A stretch of DNA of 64,000 bases from NCBI GenBank assembly GCA_963774265.1, contig CAVZDU010000001.1:1312001-1376000 (forward strand), read 5' to 3'. This document shows positions 55,592 through 64,000 of this stretch, piece by piece. Under the pieces are notes generated by a model. That model was not told the origin of the DNA. It saw nothing but the letters and a program-made list of their open reading frames with translations, and did no database searches. The stretch's first letter is position 1. Each line of letters opens with the position of its first letter. Origin of the DNA: an uncultured Chloroflexia bacterium. GTDB lineage: Bacteria; Chloroflexota; Anaerolineae; CG2-30-64-16. Made by a program: the position numbers and the translations under genes.

Positions 55592-56998
55592 ATGAAGATC
55601 ACATTCTACGGTGCAGCCCAAGAAGTCACCGGGTCGATGCATCTCATCGAGGTCAATGAAAAGCGAATCCTGCTGGACACCGGAATGTTCCAGGGCCACC
55701 GTGACGACACTTACGAGCGCAATCTCAACTTCCCGTTTGATCCCAAGACCATCGATGCGGTTGTGTTGAGCCATGCGCATATCGATCACTCGGGCAATAT
55801 TCCGAACCTCGTGAAGCAAGGCTTTCCCGGGAACGTCTGGTGCACGCCGGCGACGCGCAACCTGAGCGTTTACATGTTGCTGGACAGCGGGCATATCCAG
55901 GAAAGCGACGCCGAGTACATCAACAAGCGCCGTCGCAAGGATGATCTCCCGCCGATCGCGCCGCTCTACACTCGCCAGGATGCGCAGGAGAGCCTAACGC
56001 GCTTTGTCACGATTGGCCTGCATCGTCCATTTCAGGTCGCCGATGGCGTGCAGACGACGTTCCACAATGCCGGGCATATCCTTGGTTCTGCCTGGGTTGC
56101 GTTGGATATTCGTGAGTTTGCTACGGGCAAGCAGTGGCGCTTGATCTTCAGTGGGGATGTGGGACGCCCAGGAATGGCCATCCTGAACGACCCGGAGCTG
56201 CCCGATGCCGCCGATATCTTGATCCTGGAAAGCACCTATGGCAACCGGCTGCACGCAACGCAGGCAGAGGCCAGGAACGAGTTGCGCGATGTGGTGCGCG
56301 AGACGGTGCGGAGGCGCGGCAAGGTGATCATTCCCTCGTTCGCAGTGGGGCGCACGCAGGAGTTGGTCTATGCGCTCAATCAACTCGAGGCGGATGGCGA
56401 TATCCCATCGTTGCCGATTTTCGTGGACAGCCCGTTGGCCGTGAACGCAACCGAAGTGTTCAGGCTGCACCCGGAGGAGTGGGACGAGGAGGTGGCCGCA
56501 TTCTTGCGAGACGAAAACCGGCGCAACCCCTTTGATTGGCAGAATGTGGAGTACGTGCGGGACGTGGTGCGCAGCAAGAGGCTAAATTACATGAAAGAAT
56601 CCGCGGTCATTATCAGCGCGAACGGCATGGCTGAAAACGGCCGTATCCTCCACCACCTCAAGAATAACATCGAGGAGCCGGAGAACACGATCCTGTTCGT
56701 GAGTTTCCAGGCGGAGAACACGCTGGGACGCCGAATCGCAAGTGGGGCACGACGCGTGAAGATCCTGGGCGAAGAGTACGACGTGCGTGCAAAGGTCGAG
56801 AGTATCGAAGGCTATTCCGCGCACGCGGACCAGACGGAATTGTTGGCGTGGGCCCGTCCGCTCGATCGCACCCGATTGCAGAAGGTGTTTGTCGTGCACG
56901 GCGAGCCACAGGCCGCGCAGACGCTGGCAGACAAGCTGCGCGGGGAGCGCGTCGCAGATGTGACCGCGCCCACACGAGGACAAACATTCACGTTCTGA
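55592..56998 (+). CDS. MBL-fold beta-CASP ribonuclease (YSH1/CPSF-like)
   Basis: [48 protein letters not shown]. Confidence 0.92.
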   Translation: MKITFYGAAQEVTGSMHLIEVNEKRILLDTGMFQGHRDDTYERNLNFPFDPKTIDAVVLSHAHIDHSGNIPNLVKQGFPGNVWCTPATRNLSVYMLLDSGHIQESDAEYINKRRRKDDLPPIAPLYTRQDAQESLTRFVTIGLHRPFQVADGVQTTFHNAGHILGSAWVALDIREFATGKQWRLIFSGDVGRPGMAILNDPELPDAADILILESTYGNRLHATQAEARNELRDVVRETVRRRGKVIIPSFAVGRTQELVYALNQLEADGDIPSLPIFVDSPLAVNATEVFRLHPEEWDEEVAAFLRDENRRNPFDWQNVEYVRDVVRSKRLNYMKESAVIISANGMAENGRILHHLKNNIEEPENTILFVSFQAENTLGRRIASGARRVKILGEEYDVRAKVESIEGYSAHADQTELLAWARPLDRTRLQKVFVVHGEPQAAQTLADKLRGERVADVTAPTRGQTFTF

Positions 56999-57064
56999 TC
57001 TCTTCGTGCGTTGGAGACCTCAGCCGGTGATGCACAGAATTATAGCGGTTGAGGTCTCGCTGCT

Positions 57065-57817
57065 TTACTCAACTGGCGTCAACCAGCGATTCGTCCCATC
57101 CCCATCGGCGGCCCAACCATCGACGGTGTCGCTCTCCAGCTCCCACCAGGTCAGGTTATCCTGTTGCACTGGACCGCTCTTAATTGTGAACAGCGTTCCG
57201 CGCGGCACTTTTGCCACAGCATTTGCGCCGCGTCCCGGATCGGCGCGGACGGTGAGCACCTGCCCCGAGTCAGTGGTCACCTGTACGCGGTCGCCAACCT
57301 GGATGGCGCGGTCGACCAGCTTGAGCCCGGCCGGCGTTGCCGTCGGCCCTGCAGCCGCTTGCGTCTCGAGTCGCAACCACGGATCGTTCTGGGGTCCCGC
57401 CGCGACCCAGCCAGTCACGCCTGCGCCGTTGTCGACGCGGTACCAGTCGTAATTATCTGCCTGAGCCGGTCCTTCGAGAACGGTCACCAGTGCGTTGCTG
57501 TTCAGCCGGCCCACTTGCTTTGCCGCGGCACTGGCCGATTCGCGCAGATTTAGACCCCCCGTGGCCAGCACGCGCGCCTGCCGCATCATCGGTGTGGCCG
57601 GAGGTGGGGCTGTCGGGGTCGCTTCAGGGGGCTGCGTCACAGCGACGGTTGGTTGGGCTGTCGGCGCCACCGCACGAGTGGGTAGGGCGGTGGGCTCTTG
57701 CCCCGGCTCAAGTGTCGGTGTTGGGGTCACGCGCACCTGGAATCCGCCACATGCCAACGACGTGGCGAGCAGCACAACGATGGGGAGGAGGAGTACCCAA
57801 CGTCTATGATGTTGCAT
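57065..57817 (-). CDS. lipoprotein with two SH3b-like domains
   Basis: Lipobox SLAC; PT-rich linker; LNLRES...WYRV...GWV and LTVRADPG...WWEL...GWA. Confidence 0.75.
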   Translation of the reverse strand: MQHHRRWVLLLPIVVLLATSLACGGFQVRVTPTPTLEPGQEPTALPTRAVAPTAQPTVAVTQPPEATPTAPPPATPMMRQARVLATGGLNLRESASAAAKQVGRLNSNALVTVLEGPAQADNYDWYRVDNGAGVTGWVAAGPQNDPWLRLETQAAAGPTATPAGLKLVDRAIQVGDRVQVTTDSGQVLTVRADPGRGANAVAKVPRGTLFTIKSGPVQQDNLTWWELESDTVDGWAADGDGTNRWLTPVE

Positions 57818-57839
57818 CGTCCTTCTCTCTTACAGGTAC

Positions 57840-59519
57840 TTACATGCTTTCCGGAACCGATACGCCTAACAGGGCCAGCACCCGGGCGAAGACCGCCTTG
57901 GTGGCGGCGACCAGGCGCAGCCGCGCGCGGCTCAGGTCTGCATCAGCTGGATCGGAGGAGACAACCCGACAGTCTCGGTAGAAGGCGTGGAAGGTTGCGG
58001 CCAGATCCTGGGCATAGAACGCCAGGCTGTGCGGTGCAAGTTGCAGCGCCGCCTTTTCGATCGCCTCCGGCAACTCGGCCATCTTGCGCAGCAGTGTGAG
58101 CTCCCCGGGATGGACCAGCAAGGCCAAGTCGCCTTCCGTCCATTGCGATTGTGGGAAGCCGCGCTCTATCGCGGTCCGCAGGATGCTGGCCATCCGGGCG
58201 TGTGCGTACTGCACATAAAACACCGGATTCTCTTCATTCGCCTGGACAGCCAGGTTCAGGTCGAAATCAATGACTGATTGGTTGGCACGCGTCAGTAAGA
58301 GAAATCTTACTGCGTCAGGACCTACTTCGTCAACCACTTCGTCGATGGTGATGATATCGCCCGACCGCTTGGACAACTTGATTTCCTTGCCATCGCGGTA
58401 CAGGCGCACCATGTCGTAGAGCAGGATATCCAGCCGCGCCGGCTCCAAGCCTAAAGCCTCCATCAGATGGGGCATGCGCCGCGCCTGGTTCTGGTGATCC
58501 ACCGCCCATACGTCGATGACACGGTCAAAGCCGCGCATCACGAATTTGTTATAGTGATAGGCTACATCGGATGCATAGTACCCAGGCTGACCGGTTGAGC
58601 GGATCAGCACCTCATCGCGATCCGAGCCATATTTGCTCGTCAGGAGCCATTCCGCGCCATCTCGCACGACGGTCTGGCCTGCAGCCCGCAGCGCGGTGAT
58701 GACCTGATCGAATGTCCCATCCTCGTACAGGCTCTTTTCAGAGAACCAGTGATCGAATCGGATGCCTAACTTTTCGACTGAGGCACGGATCCAGGTCATG
58801 ACTGTCTGGCGCCCGATCGCGCTGAGCGCCGAGACGGCTTCCTCCTCGCTCACATGGAGGAAACGATCGCCGTGCTCAGCCTGTATCTGGCTCGCCAGTT
58901 CGATCATGTATTCGCCCTGGTAATGTTCTTTTTCCAGAGGGGCATCAAGCCCATGCGCCTGTTTGTAGCGGCGATACAGGGTCTCCGCAAACGTGCGCAT
59001 CTGCGTGCCCGCGTCGTTGACGTAATATTCTCGCTGCACGTTCCAGCCCGCGGCTGCAAGCACATTGCCCACGGCGTCGCCCAGCACCGCGTTGCGCGCG
59101 GAACCCATGTGCAGCGGTCCCGTCGGATTCGCGCTGATGAACTCAACCTGGCACGTGCGGCCGCGGCCCAGGTCTACGCTGCCGAATGTAGCGCCCTCGG
59201 ACTCAATCCTGGCGACGAGATTGGCGAGCCACTGGTCGCTCAACCGGAAGTTGATGAAGCCGGGCGGCAAGACTTCAACAGACGAAAATAGCTCCGACGC
59301 GGGGACATGTGTCACGAGCGTTTGGGCGATGGCCAGCGGGGCCATCTTCGCAAGCTTGGCGGCTTGCATGGCAACGGTCGATGAGTAGTCCCCATGTTTG
59401 GGGTCCTTCGGCCGGCCGATTTCAATGGCTGGGACTTCAAAGGGCGGCAAATCGCCTGTGTCCTGTGCATGGCGCACGGCGGCGGCGACCAGTTCTGCGG
59501 TTCGATCACGTACGAGCAC
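57840..59519 (-). CDS. argS: arginine--tRNA ligase
   Basis: HGDYS, EFISANPTGPLHMGSAR, EYYVNDAG, KLSKRSG, NPVFYVQYAHAR. Confidence 0.96.
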   Translation of the reverse strand: MLVRDRTAELVAAAVRHAQDTGDLPPFEVPAIEIGRPKDPKHGDYSSTVAMQAAKLAKMAPLAIAQTLVTHVPASELFSSVEVLPPGFINFRLSDQWLANLVARIESEGATFGSVDLGRGRTCQVEFISANPTGPLHMGSARNAVLGDAVGNVLAAAGWNVQREYYVNDAGTQMRTFAETLYRRYKQAHGLDAPLEKEHYQGEYMIELASQIQAEHGDRFLHVSEEEAVSALSAIGRQTVMTWIRASVEKLGIRFDHWFSEKSLYEDGTFDQVITALRAAGQTVVRDGAEWLLTSKYGSDRDEVLIRSTGQPGYYASDVAYHYNKFVMRGFDRVIDVWAVDHQNQARRMPHLMEALGLEPARLDILLYDMVRLYRDGKEIKLSKRSGDIITIDEVVDEVGPDAVRFLLLTRANQSVIDFDLNLAVQANEENPVFYVQYAHARMASILRTAIERGFPQSQWTEGDLALLVHPGELTLLRKMAELPEAIEKAALQLAPHSLAFYAQDLAATFHAFYRDCRVVSSDPADADLSRARLRLVAATKAVFARVLALLGVSVPESM

Positions 59520-59551
59520 GAATGGTTCTCCGATTTGAGATAAGTGGCGAT

Positions 59552-62371
59552 TCAGGCCTGGATTGGGCTCTGGTCGAACCAGTTCGGCCCGTATTCCATA
59601 TCGACTTTGAGGGGCGCGTCCAGGGTGTAAGCGCCTTCCATCGTTTCCTTGACGAGTGCTGCGACTCGGAGCAGTTCTTCCTCCGGGGTCTCCAACACCA
59701 GTTCGTCATGCACCTGGAGGGTCATGCGCGCTCGCAGCCCCTCCGTTATTAGCCGACCGTGCAAGGCGATCATCGCCATCTTAATGATGTCGGCCGCGGT
59801 CCCCTGGATCGGATGGTTTATGGCGGCACGCTCCGCGGCTTGCCGCAGGTTGTACGCCTGCGCCGACGAGGCTGTTGTCTTCAGCACCGGGAAGTAGCGT
59901 CGCCTGCCGAGCAGTGTCTCGACCCAGCCTTGCTCGCGCGCCAGTGCCTGCGTTTCTTCGATGTACCTCTTCACGCCGGGATAGGTCGAAAAATAGCGAT
60001 TCATGAAGTCGGCCGCTTCCCCGCGACTCAACCCGGTACGCTGCGCGAGACCGAAAGCCGTAACCCCGTATGATGTGGCAAAGTTCATCATCTTTGCGAC
60101 CGCGCGCTGCGTCTTGCTGACCTGGCTCAGCGGTACGCCGTATATCTTGGACGCCGCGCTGGCGTGGATGTCTTCGCCCCGTGCAAACGCAGCCAGCATG
60201 TACTCATCCCGGGTGATGTGCGCCAGGATGCGCAATTCCACCTGTGAATAGTCTGCCGAGAGCAGCACATGACCGGGCTTCGCAACGAACGCCTTGCGGA
60301 TTTCTCGCCCCACGTCCGAACGGATGGGGATGTTCTGCAAGTTTGGGTTGCTCGAACTCAGCCGCCCCGTTTCCGCGCCTGTTTGATTAAACGAGGTGTG
60401 CACCCGTCCGGTACGGGGATTCACCAATCCGGGGAGCGCATCTACGTATGTGCCCAGCAACTTGGTGAGTTGTCGCTGTTCCAGAATCAGGCTGATAATC
60501 TCGTGCCGGCCGCGCAGCCCTTCGAGTACGTCCGCAGCGGTGGAATAGGCGCCGGATTGCGTCTTTTTGAGCCCTTCTGTGGGTAGTCCCAGCTTTCCAA
60601 AGAGGATATCGGAAAGCTGCTGCGTCGAATTTACGTTGAAGGCCAAGCCGGCGATTTCCTGGATTTCGCGCTCCAGCTTGCGCACCCGGGCGGTCAGCTC
60701 AACCGACATCTGAAGCAGAAACCCGGTGTCAACCATGACGCCCGTACGTTCCATGTCGACCAGGACCGGAACCAGTGGCATCTCGACGTTGCGCAGAAGA
60801 TAATCCAGTCCCTTCTCGTGCACTTCAGGGAGCAGCACCTCGGCCAGCCGGAGCGTCATGGCTGCGTCTGCACCGGCATAGGCCCCTGCGGTGGCTGCAG
60901 GCACCTTGTCCATGGTGATTTGCGCCTTGCCCACACCGATCAGGTCCGTAATGCGCGTCATCTCGGTTTTGAGTCGCGTCCAGACCAGGTCCTTCAACCC
61001 CAGCCCGCGCAGCCCGGGATCGATCAGCCAAGCCGCGATCATCGTGTCGACCAGCGGGCCCTTCACTGGGAGCTCGTAGCGGTCCAGCATCCCGATATCG
61101 TAGCTTGCGTTGTGTGCGATCTTCTCGATGTCGGGATTGCCAAAGGAAGGCATCAGCGCAGACCGGGCGGTCTCCCACGACAGGCCGGCCGTGTCGGAGT
61201 GCCCCAATGGGATATACGCGGACTGATCCAGACCAGGCCCCCACGCGACGGCAACGCCGACCAGTTCTGCAGCATAGGGATCTGTGCCGGTGGTTTCTGT
61301 GTCGAACGCGACTTGCGCTGCGGCGCTTAAGTGCTGGGCCACTTCAGCGAGGGTAGATCTTGTGGTGACCAGCAGCGGCGTCGGTCCGGCCGGCGCCGGC
61401 AAATCGGCTGCGCCCGGCGCGTGGATCCCCGCAGGCAGACGTTCCTCTGCAAAGAGAGTCATCTGGCCGCCTTCTTGTTCGGCCTGGCCTGTGGAAGGCG
61501 CCCGGCCTTCCATCGGGGGAAGGCTTCCGGCCAAGGCTCGAAAAGCCAGCTCTTGGAACAGTGCGACGGCCCTCTGACGATCGTATTGTCGTGTGCGGCA
61601 CGCCTCAAGATCCAACCTGGTCGGCACGTCCGAGATGATTTGCCCCAGCCTGCGGCTGAGTTCCGCGTCAGCCCGTCCCGTCTTCAGCGCGGTCTGCACC
61701 CGGTTGGGCGTCACCTGGTCGATGTTCTCGTAGATGGCGTCGAGCGTCCCGTACCGCTGGAGCAGATATGCTGCACCCTTCTCCCCGATCCCTTTGACGC
61801 CGGGGATGTTGTCCGACTTGTCGCCGAGCAAGGCCTTGTAGTCGACCAGCTGAGCGGGCTCCAAACCATATTTGGTTTTGACCGACTCAGGGGTGTAGAG
61901 AATGGTGTCAGAGAAGAAGCGGCCCGACGTGAGAACGTGGATGTGATCATCCACCACCTGGAGGATGTCGCGGTCACCGGTGACGATCAGCGTATCGACG
62001 CCTTGGGCTTCGGCCTGCCTGGCGAGAGTGGCCAGGATGTCGTCGGCCTCAAAACCCTCTTGTGTAAAGATGGGGATGTTCAGGGCTGCCACGACTTCCT
62101 TAATGCGCTCCACCTGTGTGTGAAGCTCGTCGGGGGTGCGTTCGCGGTGGCCCTTGTACGCGTCGTACATGTCGTGGCGGAACGTCCTGCCCACATCGAA
62201 CGCCACCGCTACGTATTCCGGCTGCTGATCGCGCAGGACTTTGAGCAGCATCGAGGTGAAGCCGAACACCGCGTTGGTCAGCTCGCCCGTGGGCGCGCTC
62301 ATGTCGGGCGGCAGCGCGTGAAACGCCCGAAAAGCCAGGCTGTGTCCGTCGATCAGGACTAGCTTCGACAT
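59552..62371 (-). CDS. polA: DNA polymerase I (5'-3' exonuclease, 3'-5' exonuclease, polymerase)
   Basis: LIDGHSLAFRAFHA, FDTET, TGRLSSSNPNLQNIP, ADYSQVELR, QVHDEL. Confidence 0.97.
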   Translation of the reverse strand: MSKLVLIDGHSLAFRAFHALPPDMSAPTGELTNAVFGFTSMLLKVLRDQQPEYVAVAFDVGRTFRHDMYDAYKGHRERTPDELHTQVERIKEVVAALNIPIFTQEGFEADDILATLARQAEAQGVDTLIVTGDRDILQVVDDHIHVLTSGRFFSDTILYTPESVKTKYGLEPAQLVDYKALLGDKSDNIPGVKGIGEKGAAYLLQRYGTLDAIYENIDQVTPNRVQTALKTGRADAELSRRLGQIISDVPTRLDLEACRTRQYDRQRAVALFQELAFRALAGSLPPMEGRAPSTGQAEQEGGQMTLFAEERLPAGIHAPGAADLPAPAGPTPLLVTTRSTLAEVAQHLSAAAQVAFDTETTGTDPYAAELVGVAVAWGPGLDQSAYIPLGHSDTAGLSWETARSALMPSFGNPDIEKIAHNASYDIGMLDRYELPVKGPLVDTMIAAWLIDPGLRGLGLKDLVWTRLKTEMTRITDLIGVGKAQITMDKVPAATAGAYAGADAAMTLRLAEVLLPEVHEKGLDYLLRNVEMPLVPVLVDMERTGVMVDTGFLLQMSVELTARVRKLEREIQEIAGLAFNVNSTQQLSDILFGKLGLPTEGLKKTQSGAYSTAADVLEGLRGRHEIISLILEQRQLTKLLGTYVDALPGLVNPRTGRVHTSFNQTGAETGRLSSSNPNLQNIPIRSDVGREIRKAFVAKPGHVLLSADYSQVELRILAHITRDEYMLAAFARGEDIHASAASKIYGVPLSQVSKTQRAVAKMMNFATSYGVTAFGLAQRTGLSRGEAADFMNRYFSTYPGVKRYIEETQALAREQGWVETLLGRRRYFPVLKTTASSAQAYNLRQAAERAAINHPIQGTAADIIKMAMIALHGRLITEGLRARMTLQVHDELVLETPEEELLRVAALVKETMEGAYTLDAPLKVDMEYGPNWFDQSPIQA

Positions 62372-62375
62372 CTGC

Positions 62376-62621
62376 TTACCTGGGGTCTGGCTTGCGGTAT
62401 TGGCCCTTGCGGGCCTTGAACGGCTGGATCTTCAGCTTGCCTGCGATGATTAATGCGTTTACGTGGTGATGCTCCAGCACGCAGTCAGTGATGCGAATCG
62501 TCCGTCCAGCATCGAGGCGCAGCGGGCCGCTGTCGAGATTCAACAGGAAATTCTCACCAGTGACGTTGGTGATTTCGATGATCTCTTTGTTTTTCCAGGT
62601 GATCGGAAGATTGTCAGACAT
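62376..62621 (-). CDS. small hypothetical protein upstream of polA
   Basis: 81-aa ORF with GGAG RBS, ending 4 nt before the polA start. Confidence 0.6.
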   Translation of the reverse strand: MSDNLPITWKNKEIIEITNVTGENFLLNLDSGPLRLDAGRTIRITDCVLEHHHVNALIIAGKLKIQPFKARKGQYRKPDPR

Positions 62622-62679
62622 TGAAACGTCTCCGCAGTATAAGGCAGTTGGATCATTCTACCCTCGGAGGGCTGATTAG

Positions 62680-62719
62680 TCAACGCGCCGCACATTTGGG
62701 GAAGTGTGCGGCGCGTTGA
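62680..62719. terminator. long hairpin downstream of the GH130 gene
   Basis: tcaacgcgccgcaca/tgtgcggcgcgttga 15-bp stem. Confidence 0.55.
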
Positions 62720-62761
62720 GCGGGTGCAGCAGGGATGCCGTGACCACCGGCAGGGAGAATC

Positions 62762-63745
62762 CTAGACAGTGTTCTCTCGGATGAAGTCGATCAGGTCATC
62801 GCACCTCGCATATGCAAGACAGGTGACCGTATCCGCGCCTCCATAGTAGATCGCGATGCGCCCAGTGGGCGGGTCATAGAGCGCGGCGCAAGGGAATGTC
62901 ACATTGGGGACGTCGCCGGCGCATTCGTAAATCTCCCTTGGGTTGAGCAGGTAAGGGCGTGTGCGGCAGATGACTTTCCAGGGTGCATCAAGGTCCAGAA
63001 GCGCGGCGCCGAAGCTGTAGACGAAGCCATTGCACGACGTGAGCACGCCGTGGTAGATCAACAGCCACCCTTCGGAGGTCTCAATGGGCGTGGGGCCGGC
63101 CCCGATCTTGGTGGCCTGCCAGCCGCCGGTGGGCGCCATCACGTGGCGATGATGCCCCCAATGCACCAGGTCCGGACTTTCGCTGTAGAAGATGTCGCCA
63201 AACTGCGTGTGACCCGTGTCGCTGGGCCGGCTGAGCATCGCGTACCTGCCGCGCACGCGGCGTGGAAAGAGGACGCCATTTCGGTTGTAGGGCAGGAATG
63301 CATTCTCCATTTGGTGGAACGTCTTGAAATCATAGGTATAGCCAACGCCGATGGTGGGCCCGTGGTAGCCGTTGCACCAGGTGACGTAGTAGCGGTCTTC
63401 CAGCCAGCAGACGCGCGGATCATACCCGTAATCGAAGCGGCCGATCTCCTCATCTTCGGATCTGAACCGAATTCGATCCGCTTCGATCGTCCAGTGAATC
63501 CCATCGGGGCTGACGCCCGCGTGTAGCTGCATATCTCGTGCTGTGTTGTCACACCGAAACACGCCCGCAAACTCGCCCCCAAACGGGACGACCGCACTGT
63601 TGAAGATGCTGTTGATGTTCGGCACGGCAGCGCGCGTGATGATGGGATTCCAGCCTGAGCGCCACACGATTTCATTGCAGCCCTCCTGGCGCTCCTCCCA
63701 GGGGATGTTGGGCAGCGCGGACCCGATCAGCTCTATCCTGGCCAT
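62762..63745 (-). CDS. GH130 beta-mannoside phosphorylase (mannooligosaccharide phosphorylase-like)
   Basis: SIFNSAVV, YDPRV, NRNGVLFP, SRPSDTGH, KIGAGP, GDVPNVTFP, YYGGADT. Confidence 0.92.
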   Translation of the reverse strand: MARIELIGSALPNIPWEERQEGCNEIVWRSGWNPIITRAAVPNINSIFNSAVVPFGGEFAGVFRCDNTARDMQLHAGVSPDGIHWTIEADRIRFRSEDEEIGRFDYGYDPRVCWLEDRYYVTWCNGYHGPTIGVGYTYDFKTFHQMENAFLPYNRNGVLFPRRVRGRYAMLSRPSDTGHTQFGDIFYSESPDLVHWGHHRHVMAPTGGWQATKIGAGPTPIETSEGWLLIYHGVLTSCNGFVYSFGAALLDLDAPWKVICRTRPYLLNPREIYECAGDVPNVTFPCAALYDPPTGRIAIYYGGADTVTCLAYARCDDLIDFIRENTV

Positions 63746-63825
63746 CGGATAACCTCTTCAACGGAGTGATGTTGATTAAGATAAGGATGGGACGAAAGCC
63801 CGATCAGGCTTGCGTCCCGGTAACG

Positions 63826-64000
63826 TTATTTGGCCTGGCCGTGAACCTGCGCCAGCAGCCCGTCTACAAAATCCTCGGGGTGCATGGGCACGCTTTGTTG
63901 CCACATCAGCACGCTCACCAGCGGCATGTCGCCCATCATATCCATGAAGTCCATGCCGATGGTGTTTTCGTCGCCATCGGCGCCGCCGGACATCTTGCGG
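63826..64000 (-). CDS. C-terminal end of a CDS truncated by the window edge (function uncertain)
   Basis: Open frame RKMSGGADG...MDMMGDMPLVSVLMWQQ...LLAQVHGQAK*; same orientation as the GH130 gene. Confidence 0.6.
   Translation of the reverse strand, partial: RKMSGGADGDENTIGMDFMDMMGDMPLVSVLMWQQSVPMHPEDFVDGLLAQVHGQAK

Noticed and set aside
63826-64000. Naming the truncated terminal CDS as a glycoside hydrolase
   Set aside because: Only about 57 C-terminal residues are visible, with no catalytic motif

Overview
GC-rich bacterial chromosomal window. The gene mix and the Pro/Thr/Ala-linker lipoproteins suggest a Chloroflexota (Anaerolineae-like) organism, but this is an inference. Most of the content is housekeeping: the end of the nuo operon, murE, corA, two FabL-like reductases, proline dehydrogenase, tsaE-tsaB-rimI-rnj, uvrC, def, tRNA-Arg(CCG), argS and polA. 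There are several transporters: an MsmX-type ATPase, a BMP nucleoside-type ABC system, MntP, an SBP plus ECF module, and an Opp-type ABC system. A ~14 kb carbohydrate or sugar-acid catabolic cluster follows the tRNA. One intact ISAs1-family IS is present, with terminal IRs and a 9-bp target duplication. No CRISPR array, prophage or integrase was seen. The most notable observations are: (1) a long, highly structured 5' leader with a short ORF ahead of corA that I cannot match to a known riboswitch; (2) an 880-aa membrane protein with three cNMP-like domains with non-canonical pockets plus two bPH modules; (3) a BMP lipoprotein built from two near-identical 987-bp copies; (4) a structured, possibly pseudoknotted leader on the BMP operon; (5) GTAG-type REP palindromes read in frame inside murE and the ECF ATPase; (6) an ECF module paired with a classical SBP and no S component; and (7) four single-site frameshifts that look like assembly indels. 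All calls were made by eye; no database searches were run.
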